64,000 nucleotides of DNA from an uncultured cyanobacterium (GTDB lineage: Bacteria > Cyanobacteriota > Cyanobacteriia > Cyanobacteriales > Nostocaceae). Where the stretch lies: positions 256,001-320,000 of the forward strand of contig CAVUDP010000002.1 in NCBI GenBank assembly GCA_963740315.1, read 5' to 3'. A program made the translations under genes and the position numbers. This document shows, piece after piece, positions 21,214 through 30,987 of the stretch (its first letter is position 1; each line of letters starts with the position of its first letter). The notes below the pieces were generated by a model that did not search any database, was not told the DNA's origin, and worked only from the letters and a program-made list of their open reading frames with translations.

Positions 21214-21267
21214 CGTCAGGGAATGCAATTCCCTAACTAATAGCTCAAGTCATCTAAAGATGACTGA
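21214..21267. repeat. Two-hairpin REP-like element (copy B)
   Basis: AGGGAATGCAATTCCCT, then CTAATAGC, then AGTCATCTAAAGATGACT. Confidence 0.75.
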
Positions 21268-21386
21268 AGTACGCTAATATTTTCAGTTTATGCTGTGAAT
21301 TCGCTACAATCCAAAAGAGATTAATTAATTTAGGGTAGTAGTTGATTCGGGGTTAACCCAAACTTTATTAAAATTTTTTTGTTCTC

Positions 21387-24300
21387 ATGCCGAATTCTTC
21401 TTATGGAGAAACAATTCAAAATCGGGTGAAGCGTCTTTTGGAAGCGTTACTTGATTATGTCAACTACGAATTTGAACAAAATTTACGTATTGAATATAAG
21501 TGGGAACCAGAAGATAGCAATAATCTAAATATCACAACTACCTTGCGGGAATTGCTAGCGCTTACAGGTAAAGACAAATATGATGCGAAGTTAACTAAAC
21601 CGCAAATTGGTGAAGCGCTAAAGCATTATTTAAAAGAATATTTGGGAATTCTGTTAGACAACCGTACCAAAACGAAGGGATTCGATGAGTGGATTTTTAC
21701 GTTGAAGTTATGGGGGAGAGATAAAGAAACCAATCTGAGAAAGTTTGATGAGTTATGGGAAGAGAAGAGACAAGGTAAATCAAAAGATTTAGCGTCAAAA
21801 GAACAACAGGAAGAGGATTCATGGCGCATAATTTTCTATCAAAAACTAGAAAAGCAATTACAAGACATCAGACACAAAGCCACAGAAAGAGGATTTGAAA
21901 CTAATGTTCATGTTCCTTTGGGTTTACTAGAGCGCAAACAGCAGCAACGACGGGATAAAACTTCTTCACCACAGAATCCCTATAATTTGGAACAGGAAGT
22001 TATTGTCAAAACTTACGAGCATGATGCTTTTCTACAGGAAGTAATCGGTTTACAGTCTACTGAAAATAAAAAGCATATTGGAATCATTGGGGAAGCGGGA
22101 GCGGGTAAAACAACTTTATTAATTAAGGTTGCTGAATATCTCAAAAATGAAACCGAATATTTACCAGTTTGGATTTCTCTTGCTAGTTTGCAAGGGGAGA
22201 CATTAGAAAATTATTTGCTAGATACATGGTTTTCTAGTATTGAATGTTCAAAAACTACAGAGCAATTAAAACAACGTTTTTCTCAAGCAGATATTTGGCT
22301 GCTACTGGATGGTGTGGATGAAATGGCGGAGAATTCACCCCTGGATGCTTTCAAAATCGATAAATTACCAGATTGGTTGAGAAAAGCGCGATTTGTGTTG
22401 ACTTGTCGGTTAAATGTTTGGGATGAAAGAATTAATAATCCTCTTACGGGTTTTGAAACATATAAAACTCAAGAGTTTGAACCCGAACAAGTTGATGATT
22501 TTATTCAAAATTGGTTTCAACGTGCGGAAAGTATAGAAAAAGGTAGGTTGTTACAGACGAAGTTAAAAGAAAGCAGACACGAAAAAATCCGTTCTTTGGT
22601 AACAAATCCTCTACGCTTATCGCTGCTGTGTCAAACCTTCTATTTGGATAAGCAAGGAGAATTACCAGAAACAAAAGCGGGATTATATGAGAGATTTACA
22701 AATTATTTTTATGAGTGGAAACCAGAAAATATTCCAGAAGAATTAAGGAATTCCAATCGGAAAAAAGATGAATTACACAAAGCATTAAGTAAATTAGCAC
22801 TTGCAGGAATTGATAGTAATGTAAGATTTCGTTTAAATCGTAAAGTTGCACGCAAGCAAATGGGTGAAGAGCTTTTTAAGTTAGCTTGTGATGTTGGCTG
22901 GTTGAATTTGGTTGATAGAGATGCAAAAACGGATAAAGAGGTTTATGCTTTTTTTCATGCTAATTTTCAGGAATATTTTGCAGCATTAGCAATTGATGAT
23001 TGGGATTATTTCTTACCCCGCGAACATGATAATGAGCCTGTTGCAGATAGATATCGCATTTTTGAACCGCAGTGGAAAGAAGTTATTTTGCTGTGGTTGG
23101 GAAGGGATAAAGATGATATTTCAGATGTAGAGAAAGAAAAGTTTATAAAAGCGTTGGTGGAATTTGATGATGGTTGCTGGGATGAAAATTTACCCCATCT
23201 TCTTAAGTTGGAAAAAGCTCGAATAGTAAGCAAGGGTTTTCATAGATATCCCGCTTATTTCCTTGCTGCTGCGGGTATTGTGGAATTTAAAGAGTGTGAT
23301 TTAGCGGATAAAATTGTCCAACAAGTAGTTGAATGGGGGTTTGGTAAATTTAATTCAGAAACCCAAAAGTGGGAGAAATTTATTTACGAAATTAATCAGC
23401 CAGCAAAGGAAGTACTGCAAGAAACGAATAGGGAAAATGCTATTAATACTTTGGTTGAATTAATCCGCAATCAAGATGTTGATGATTCTACCAAACGCTA
23501 TGCTGCGGAAAGCTTAGGGGAAATAGACGTTGGAAACGAATATGCGATTAATGCTTTGGTTGATTTCATCCGCAATCAAGATGTTGATTCTTATACCAAA
23601 CGCTATGCTGCGGTAAGCTTATGGAAAATAGCCGTTGGAAACGAAAATGCAATTAATGCTTTGGTTGATTTAATCCGCAATCAAGATGTTGATGATTCTA
23701 CCAAACGCTATGCTGCGGAAAGCTTAGGGGAAATAGACGTTGGAAACGAATATGCGATTAATGCTTTGGTTGATTTCATCCGCAATCAAGATGTTGATTC
23801 TTATACCAAACGCTATGCTGCGGAAAGCTTAGGGAAAATAGCCCTTGGAAACGAATATGCGATTAATGCTTTGGTTGATTTCATCCGCAATCAAGATGTT
23901 GATAATTCTACCAAACGCAAAGCTGCGGAAAGCTTAGGGGAAATAGCCGTTGGAAACGAAAATGCAATTAATGCTTTGGTTGAATTAATCCGCAATCAAG
24001 ATGTTGATGATGATACCAAATCCTATGCTGCGGTAAGCTTATGGAAAATAGCCGTTGGAAACGAAAATGCAATTAATGCTTTGGTTGAATTAATCCGCAA
24101 TCAAGATGTTGATGATGATACCAAATTATTTGCTGCGAGAAGCTTAGGGGAAATAGACGTTGGAAACGAATATGCGATTAATGCTTTGGTTGATTTCATC
24201 CGCAATCAAGATGTTGATGATGATACCAAATTATTTGCTGCGAGAAGCTTAGGGGAAATAGACGTTGGAAACGAATATGCGATTAATGCTTTGGTTGAAT

Positions 24301-24950
24301 TAAACCGCAATCAAGATGTTGATTCTTATACCAAATTATTTGCTGCGGTAATCTTAGGGGAAATAGACGTTGGAAACGAATATGCGATTAATGCTTTGGT
24401 TGAATTAAACCGCAATCAAGATGTTGATTATGATACCAAACGCGAAGCTGCCCAAAGCTTAGGGAAAATAGCCGTTGGAAACGAATATGTCATTAATGCT
24501 TTGGTTGATTTAATCCGCAATCAAGATGTTGATGATAATACCAAATCCGAAGCTGCGGAAAGCTTAGGGAAAATAGCCGTTGAAAACGAAAATGCTATTA
24601 ATGCTTTGGTTGATTTAATCCGCAATCAAGATGTTGATAATTCTACCAAACGCAAAGCTGCGGAAAGCTTAGGGGAAATAGCCGTTGGAAACGAAAATGC
24701 AATTAATGCTTTGGTTGAATTAATCCGCAATCAAGATGTTGATGATGATACCAAATTATATGCTGCGAGAAGCTTAGGGGAAATTTTAAAAGATAAGCAT
24801 ATGCTCAAAGTATTCACAGCTTTAACACCTTACTTATCGGTAGAGACTTATAACAATAATTCCAGTCAATTCGAGAGATGCCACAAAATCATCTGGAAAT
24901 GCGCTGAAAATATGACATACTCGGAATTCTATCAAGCATGGCATCAATAA
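21387..24950 (+). CDS. NACHT (STAND) NTPase with C-terminal HEAT/PBS-lyase-like repeats
   Basis: Walker A GEAGAGKTT, Walker B LLLDGVDE, VLTCR, NPLRLSLLC, FFHANFQEYFAA; 13 x 35-aa repeats. Confidence 0.93.
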   Translation: MPNSSYGETIQNRVKRLLEALLDYVNYEFEQNLRIEYKWEPEDSNNLNITTTLRELLALTGKDKYDAKLTKPQIGEALKHYLKEYLGILLDNRTKTKGFDEWIFTLKLWGRDKETNLRKFDELWEEKRQGKSKDLASKEQQEEDSWRIIFYQKLEKQLQDIRHKATERGFETNVHVPLGLLERKQQQRRDKTSSPQNPYNLEQEVIVKTYEHDAFLQEVIGLQSTENKKHIGIIGEAGAGKTTLLIKVAEYLKNETEYLPVWISLASLQGETLENYLLDTWFSSIECSKTTEQLKQRFSQADIWLLLDGVDEMAENSPLDAFKIDKLPDWLRKARFVLTCRLNVWDERINNPLTGFETYKTQEFEPEQVDDFIQNWFQRAESIEKGRLLQTKLKESRHEKIRSLVTNPLRLSLLCQTFYLDKQGELPETKAGLYERFTNYFYEWKPENIPEELRNSNRKKDELHKALSKLALAGIDSNVRFRLNRKVARKQMGEELFKLACDVGWLNLVDRDAKTDKEVYAFFHANFQEYFAALAIDDWDYFLPREHDNEPVADRYRIFEPQWKEVILLWLGRDKDDISDVEKEKFIKALVEFDDGCWDENLPHLLKLEKARIVSKGFHRYPAYFLAAAGIVEFKECDLADKIVQQVVEWGFGKFNSETQKWEKFIYEINQPAKEVLQETNRENAINTLVELIRNQDVDDSTKRYAAESLGEIDVGNEYAINALVDFIRNQDVDSYTKRYAAVSLWKIAVGNENAINALVDLIRNQDVDDSTKRYAAESLGEIDVGNEYAINALVDFIRNQDVDSYTKRYAAESLGKIALGNEYAINALVDFIRNQDVDNSTKRKAAESLGEIAVGNENAINALVELIRNQDVDDDTKSYAAVSLWKIAVGNENAINALVELIRNQDVDDDTKLFAARSLGEIDVGNEYAINALVDFIRNQDVDDDTKLFAARSLGEIDVGNEYAINALVELNRNQDVDSYTKLFAAVILGEIDVGNEYAINALVELNRNQDVDYDTKREAAQSLGKIAVGNEYVINALVDLIRNQDVDDNTKSEAAESLGKIAVENENAINALVDLIRNQDVDNSTKRKAAESLGEIAVGNENAINALVELIRNQDVDDDTKLYAARSLGEILKDKHMLKVFTALTPYLSVETYNNNSSQFERCHKIIWKCAENMTYSEFYQAWHQ
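23433..24797 (+). repeat. Intragenic tandem repeat, 13 x 105 bp
   Basis: CCGCAATCAAGATGTTGAT recurs every 105 nt (23465, 23570, 23675 and onward). Confidence 0.95.
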
Positions 24951-25015
24951 AATAATTCAACCATATAACCGCAGCGAAACTATACAACCTGAACAAATGG
25001 TTTAAAAATATCACC

Positions 25016-25069
25016 CAGTCATCTTTAGATGACTTTTGCTATTAGCTTGCGGTTTGCAACCGTAAGCGG
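25016..25069. repeat. Two-hairpin REP-like element (copy C, inverted relative to A and B)
   Basis: CAGTCATCTTTAGATGACT, GCTATTAG, CTTGCGGTTTGCAACCGTAAG. Confidence 0.75.
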
Positions 25070-25197
25070 GTTGAAAATATATCGATAAATGTTTCTAATT
25101 CTTCTTATTTTCAAAAATGTTTAATAATACGATGGTGCGTTACGGCATCACCAAAGATGTAACCTCAAACAATACATATTAAAGCCGTAACAGCACC

Positions 25198-25779
25198 CTA
25201 CAAATTATTTTTCGCTGGAATTTTCGCTTTTTTAAACACTGCTTCAACGATAAATTCTAAACCTTCAAATAATGAATCGGTAATTATTTCATCACCTCTA
25301 TAAGTCTTCAATGCTGCATCTGGATAAAAAACGGTAATGCTTCTATCTTCAATATCCACTACCCAAACTCGTAATACTCCAGCATTCAAATAATCTTGCG
25401 CTTTACCTGCCATTTGTCCAAAAGTTTGCCCAGGTGAGATAATTTCAATTGCTAATTCTGGTGCAATCGGACAAGCTTCATTTTCATTCCAATTTTCTGG
25501 TAAACGCTCGTAGGAAATATATAGTAAATCTGGAGTTGGTACCCAATCGCGTCCATTACGGGTTAATGTTATAGACCATTCTGCCCATACTTCTCCTTTA
25601 TCTTCGCAGCAGTTTTTAATTAAATTGCAAAGGATGAAGCTAAGTTTAGCGTGAAAAAACTTTGGTGACATTTTAGGAATTGCTTTTCCGTCAACAAGTT
25701 CATAGGTGATATCTCCTTCACCGGGAGGAAGATTTAAAAACTCTTCGAGGGTTAATTGCTGGTTGATTTGAAGTACCAT
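25198..25779 (-). CDS. Uma2 family endonuclease
   Basis: YELVDG, PDLLYIS, PELAIEIISP, K..DYL.AGV..VWVVD. Confidence 0.92.
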   Translation of the reverse strand: MVLQINQQLTLEEFLNLPPGEGDITYELVDGKAIPKMSPKFFHAKLSFILCNLIKNCCEDKGEVWAEWSITLTRNGRDWVPTPDLLYISYERLPENWNENEACPIAPELAIEIISPGQTFGQMAGKAQDYLNAGVLRVWVVDIEDRSITVFYPDAALKTYRGDEIITDSLFEGLEFIVEAVFKKAKIPAKNNL

Positions 25780-25812
25780 AATTTAATAGTTAGGAGTTAG
25801 GAATTATTAATG

Positions 25813-25941
25813 TAAGTAAGTCGGCACATAAAAAACTAACTATGTCACGAAATGTAAAAAGCCTGAAACGGTTGCGATTGCTTCCTCGTGCCTCGTCGCA
25901 ATGACAGAACACAATTATATTTATTCACGCCGACTTACTTA
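25813..25941. mobile_element. MITE-like element, 129 bp
   Basis: Perfect 13-bp TIR TAAGTAAGTCGGC/GCCGACTTACTTA with TA at both ends. Confidence 0.7.
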
Positions 25942-25986
25942 GTGCGAGCATCTTGCTCGCTACGGTATCAACATATCAAAAATAGA

Positions 25987-26541
25987 TTAATTTATTTCAC
26001 TCAACGGAGTCGCTAAACCATCAATGCTAACCATATTTTTCTGTTTGTGATATTCCTTAATTCCTGATTCTCCTTTTTTCGCTGCCCATTTAACTAAATT
26101 TTCTCGCTGTGCTTGATACTCATACAAAGGTACGCTCATACCACAGGCTGTTTGCACTCTCTCGATTTCAGCTACTATTATTTGACGGGTTCCCGGTATT
26201 TCGGGAAAATGCGAGCATAAAGATTCCCATTCTGAATTTCCGGGTAAAATGGTTGTTCCGCTACCGTAAAGACGCAAAATAGACGGCGCTCCTTCAAAAG
26301 CGCAAAACATAAAGGTAATTCGTCCGTTTTCTTGTAAATGCGCTGATGTTTCGTTTCCGCTTCCCGTTAAATCGAGATAAGCAACTTTGTGTGGTGAAAG
26401 AATACGAAAACTTTCCAACCCTTTAGGAGAAAGGTTTACGTGTCCATTAGAATCTAAAGGTGCAGTACCAACAAAAAACATCTGCTGGTTTGCAATAAAA
26501 TTTTGCAACTCTTCGGTAATGGAATCAAATACTTTAGCCAT
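25987..26541 (-). CDS. Pyridoxamine 5'-phosphate oxidase-like FMN-binding protein
   Basis: FFVGTAP...GHVNLSPKG, DLTGSGNET.AH, RIT.MFCAFEG.P.ILRLYG. Confidence 0.88.
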   Translation of the reverse strand: MAKVFDSITEELQNFIANQQMFFVGTAPLDSNGHVNLSPKGLESFRILSPHKVAYLDLTGSGNETSAHLQENGRITFMFCAFEGAPSILRLYGSGTTILPGNSEWESLCSHFPEIPGTRQIIVAEIERVQTACGMSVPLYEYQAQRENLVKWAAKKGESGIKEYHKQKNMVSIDGLATPLSEIN

Positions 26542-26721
26542 TATTCAGTTATCAATGAACGATCGATCTGGTGATATTTTATATTATTTTTTTTAGATGA
26601 TTTTTTATTTATATAAAAGGTTAATAAAATTAAACTCAAATACTTTTAAGAACGGAATACAAATTTAGGACGGGCAACACCTATCCCACAATATTTTTAT
26701 TTAATTTCCATGCGCCATGCC

Positions 26722-28392
26722 CTATACCCTATGCCGAACTACACCATTCTCTAAATCTAATTTAGAATTAATTTTGTCATATTCAACTTTACCGTAATCT
26801 AATTTTATTATCCTATCGGCGTGGTGAAAATAATGATCGTCGTGGCTAATAACTAATACTGTTTTATTGCGTTTTTTCAAGTTTGTTAATATCTCGTTAT
26901 AAAAAATGTTTCTAAATATTGGATCTTGGTCTGATGCCCATTCATCAAATAGATAAATCTGACGATTTTCTAAATAAGCTGTTAATAATGCCAGCCGTTT
27001 TCGCTGTCCTTGTGAAAGTTCTGTGGTTGATAATTTACCGTTTTCTATTGTGACTTTATCATTTAATTTTAACTGTCTTAAGTATTCCTGTGCTTGTTCA
27101 TCTAAGGCAGGTTTACCCATTCCTAATAATTTTTCAAATAAATAATAGTCGGAGAAAATAACTGAAAAGTGTTGGCGATACCATTCCCGATTATCATCGG
27201 TAATAACTTTATCATCTAATCTAATTTCCCCAGCTTCGGGAATGTACAATCCCGTAATTAATTTAGCTAAAGTCGATTTTCCGCTACCGTTACCGCCAAC
27301 GATAAAGACAATTTCTCCCGGTTTAAAAGTTAGATCGACAGGACCTAAACTAAAGCGGTTTTCTTCTTCTCCTGGATAAGCATGAACAACTTGCTTTAAT
27401 TCTAGTTTGGAAAATGTTTTTTTATCTTTATCCTGCTCTTCTATATAATTCTCTTTGTTACCAGCTAAAACTAATCCCATTCTTTCGATTTTCTGTAAAG
27501 CTACGGTGGCTTTAGATAAAGCCTGTAACTTATCTAATATGCTTTGCATGGGCAGCATTAAATAAGTAACTGTTAGTATATAAGCTGATAGAACGCCGGG
27601 GGAAACTGGTGCTACTTGCGGTAATACGAATAGCAGCAAACCTACCAAAACGAAAAATAATAAATTTCCCCATCCCGTAGAAACAGAAAATGTTAACAAA
27701 GCCGCTGAATTTTGGTCGCGACATACAGCTGCACTATGCTGCAATTCATCTTCAAAAAACTCTTGACGGCGGGCAGAATGAAGTTTAAGCTCTTTAATAC
27801 CTTCGGTGATGGCGCGAAAATGTTTGAGCAAACGATCTTGTTCGTCTCGTGCTGAAATTAGAAAAACTTGCGCTCTATTAATTAATAATTGAATGCTGCC
27901 GACAGCTATCATTACGAAGCCGACGGTAAAAGTAAACACCGTACTCGATAGAAAAGATAAATAAAGCAAACATCCGGCAATAATAGCAATATCAACGCAG
28001 ATAAATGGTATCGCGTAAACTGTAGCGTTTAGCGTTGCAACATCTTCTGTAAGTGTTGCTAACAATCGCGACGTACCTAATTTTTCTAAATGCCGTAGTT
28101 GAGAAGATAAAATTCCTCGACTCAAACGCAACCGCAACTGAAATACAGCTTCTTGGGAAAGATTAATTAATAAAACTTGCGAGATAATGCTGTTTACAAT
28201 TACTATCAATGCCAAAGTTGGAAACTGCCAAGCCAAGTCACCGAAAGTATTTGAAGATTGAAATCCCTCACCGATCGCCCTATTTATCAACGCAATTAAT
28301 CGAGCAGTAGTTCCACCACTCACCAAACCCGTAAAAACGGCGATCGCCACTTGCATCCAAGAAGCCTTTAATAAAAGCCAGATTAAATTCAT
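26722..28392 (-). CDS. Cyclic peptide export ABC transporter (SyrD/PvdE/YojI type)
   Basis: TM domain plus GGNGSGKST, LSQGQRKRLAL, FDEWASDQDP. Confidence 0.92.
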   Translation of the reverse strand: MNLIWLLLKASWMQVAIAVFTGLVSGGTTARLIALINRAIGEGFQSSNTFGDLAWQFPTLALIVIVNSIISQVLLINLSQEAVFQLRLRLSRGILSSQLRHLEKLGTSRLLATLTEDVATLNATVYAIPFICVDIAIIAGCLLYLSFLSSTVFTFTVGFVMIAVGSIQLLINRAQVFLISARDEQDRLLKHFRAITEGIKELKLHSARRQEFFEDELQHSAAVCRDQNSAALLTFSVSTGWGNLLFFVLVGLLLFVLPQVAPVSPGVLSAYILTVTYLMLPMQSILDKLQALSKATVALQKIERMGLVLAGNKENYIEEQDKDKKTFSKLELKQVVHAYPGEEENRFSLGPVDLTFKPGEIVFIVGGNGSGKSTLAKLITGLYIPEAGEIRLDDKVITDDNREWYRQHFSVIFSDYYLFEKLLGMGKPALDEQAQEYLRQLKLNDKVTIENGKLSTTELSQGQRKRLALLTAYLENRQIYLFDEWASDQDPIFRNIFYNEILTNLKKRNKTVLVISHDDHYFHHADRIIKLDYGKVEYDKINSKLDLENGVVRHRV

Positions 28393-28410
28393 TCACCGTA
28401 CCGTAGTTGG

Positions 28411-29043
28411 TTAAGATTTCGGTTTAAATCCAATTAGTAGGGCTAATTCTAGCCACTTCCAATAACAGTCAACATCATGAAAACCAATGTTTCGCAACCA
28501 TTTTAATTGAGTCTCTACATCTAAAAGTTTGTTGGATGGATCGTCTTGTGATGTTGTTCTACCTATCGCCTTTAAAAAATTTTCATGCAAACGAATCGTT
28601 GGTGAAGCGATATGTTCTAAGTTGCAGAAAATACCACCGGGCTGCAAAAGATTAAATATTTCTACGTAAAGCGAACGTTTGCGATTGTGGGTGAGGTGAT
28701 GAATAGCAAAACTAGAAATCACTGCATCAAAAGTATCTAATTCGGGTAAAGTTTCATCTAAATTGTGATCGATAATTTCTACCGTAGAATCATTTTTAAA
28801 GCGAGATTTTACCGCTTCTAACATAATTGGTGAAAAGTCCAGGGCAACAGATGAAACCATTGGACGTTCAATTTTAAGTAATGCTAGCAAGCGTCCATCC
28901 CCAGTTCCTAAATCGAGAATCCGCTTTACCGTTTTGGGAACTTCCTCCAACAGCACTGCTTCGCCTTCAGTGCGATGAGGAATATTATCCGCTTGTGCCA
29001 GATAGCCCAAAGCGTGTTCGGCAGAAGTCCAAAGGTTAGTCAT
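28411..29043 (-). CDS. Class I SAM-dependent methyltransferase
   Basis: ILDLGTGDG, FDAVISSFAIHHL, L.PGG.F. Confidence 0.9.
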   Translation of the reverse strand: MTNLWTSAEHALGYLAQADNIPHRTEGEAVLLEEVPKTVKRILDLGTGDGRLLALLKIERPMVSSVALDFSPIMLEAVKSRFKNDSTVEIIDHNLDETLPELDTFDAVISSFAIHHLTHNRKRSLYVEIFNLLQPGGIFCNLEHIASPTIRLHENFLKAIGRTTSQDDPSNKLLDVETQLKWLRNIGFHDVDCYWKWLELALLIGFKPKS

Positions 29044-29816
29044 ATTTTCATATAAATTGCGAGCTAAGGAAATAATCCTGTAAGCGCAAAATTATGCTTA
29101 TTACACCTTAGTATAGCGTATCAATTTATTTAGTAAAAGCGCGATTAATTGTATTATTTAAGACTTAATAATCCGCTTTCAATTTTAAGGTAAAAAGATA
29201 ATTTGATGTTGTTATAATTACCAATAATCTCAGTATCAATCTAGTAATCTAACTCAGGTTTGATATTTATAGCGATCGGGCAATCTTCCTGACTATATTT
29301 GAACGTAAAGCAGTTACCACAAGCTCGAAACACTTATAAGGGCAGTAGCTCAGCTAACCTTTTTAGATGCAAAGCTTTGTAACCTCAAACCCCTTAACTC
29401 AGCTAACTTGAAGCGATAAAGATATTTTATACATCTTAGTGGTTATAAAGTTCAAGCGTTCAAATACAAGATATAAAATATCAAACTAAGTAAATATTCT
29501 CTCTTGGCAAAAAATATGAATATTCTTTATACTTTTGATGTTAACAAGTTATCAAAGTTACTTTTATTACAAATTTTATAAGATTCTTTTTTCCTGACTT
29601 TAGGAATTTATTTGCTAAAGGTATTTTTGCTTATGTAACTTTATTTTACTAGATATCGTCCTTTAGTACGGTGTTTTGATAGTTCTGTGATACTTCTTAT
29701 ACGAGCGCGTAATTCAAAATCCGTACATAACTAATAGCTCCGTTCCCATCCAGACTGGGAACGGATTTTCAGAGGCTCTGCGGATAGCTAATCTACAATG
29801 GCATATTTCAAAATTA

Positions 29817-30684
29817 TTAAATTTGTGCTTGTAATTGCTGTACTCGTTCTACAGTTAAACCTGTATTTTTTACAACCATTTCCACAGAGAATCCCTCACG
29901 CAATAAATTAAGCGCTATTTGTTCTGCTGCTTGTTGAGTACCTTCTTGTATACCTTTCTGGATACCTTTTCGTTCCCAACTCGTAGTAATTTCCATATAT
30001 TCCTCCCTTTGATCTAATCCCATTGTACTTATTGCTGCTTGAAAGGTTTGTTCTTCCGTATCATTCAAATTCAAGTAAGTATCAACAAAGCCAGAAATTA
30101 GTTGCATTCGTGCCGGGTCTAACCTTAAAGTAGTTAATAGCCGCAAACATTCGGCTTTCACCTGGGGACGTTCTTCTGGTGCAATATTCATCTTGGACAT
30201 AAGCGCAGCAGCAACGGGATTTTGTTGGGTTAGATAATCTCTCCAACTGATTCTATTTAATTGAATTGATGCAAATTCCTTCTTTGAGTACTTCTAAATT
30301 GGGAAATGAGACGCTATGTACTTTTGGCTCTGCTCTTAATGGCTCGTCAAAAGAAAAGATAACGACGGGGAAAATTGGTAAATCGTATTTTTCGTAAAGT
30401 CTGGCAAAATATTTAAACATTCTTTTAGCAAAATCCTGCTGAGTATAAGATTGAGCTTCAACATGGATTAAAAAGAAAGTGTCTTGTTGTTTATATTTGA
30501 CTTTTACCAATAAATCTATAACTTTCTTTTCCCCAGCAGTCACATCGCTTAAAACTTCTTCCGGTAAAAATTGAATCGAGTTTTTATCGATATCGGCAGC
30601 GATTTCTGGAAGGAATAATTCAAGGAATTCAATGAAAAATGTAGAAATCAATTCTTTAAATAAGCGGTCGTGGTCGATAGTCAT
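29817..30684 (-). pseudogene. Rpn/YhgA-like PD-(D/E)XK nuclease gene split by a frameshift
   Basis: 5' ORF has DHDRLFKEL, IDLLVK, LIHVEAQ, RMFKYF; near 30280 a shifted frame continues EFASIQLNRISWRDYLTQQNPVAAALMSKM into ORF 29817-30200. Confidence 0.85.
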
Positions 30685-30987
30685 AGCTGTTTTTTAAGTG
30701 CTTTTGATTATCGTATCATTAGATTTTACAGATATTTTTTAAATAAATTAGCTTATTTTTAAGAGTAAAATTATACTTAACGATTGATACGAAATATAAA
30801 GCGAATGACTCATTTTAAAGCTTTAGTCATTTTACCGTTAGATACAATTAATACTCAGGAGAAAGTAGCAGAACTTCTTAATCCTTATTACTTAGAGCTA
30901 GAAGTTGAACCATACAAAGAATAGGCAAAAAACAATCAAGCTTTTAGCAATTATTTAAGATATTAGATACTGAATAACCAAACAAAA

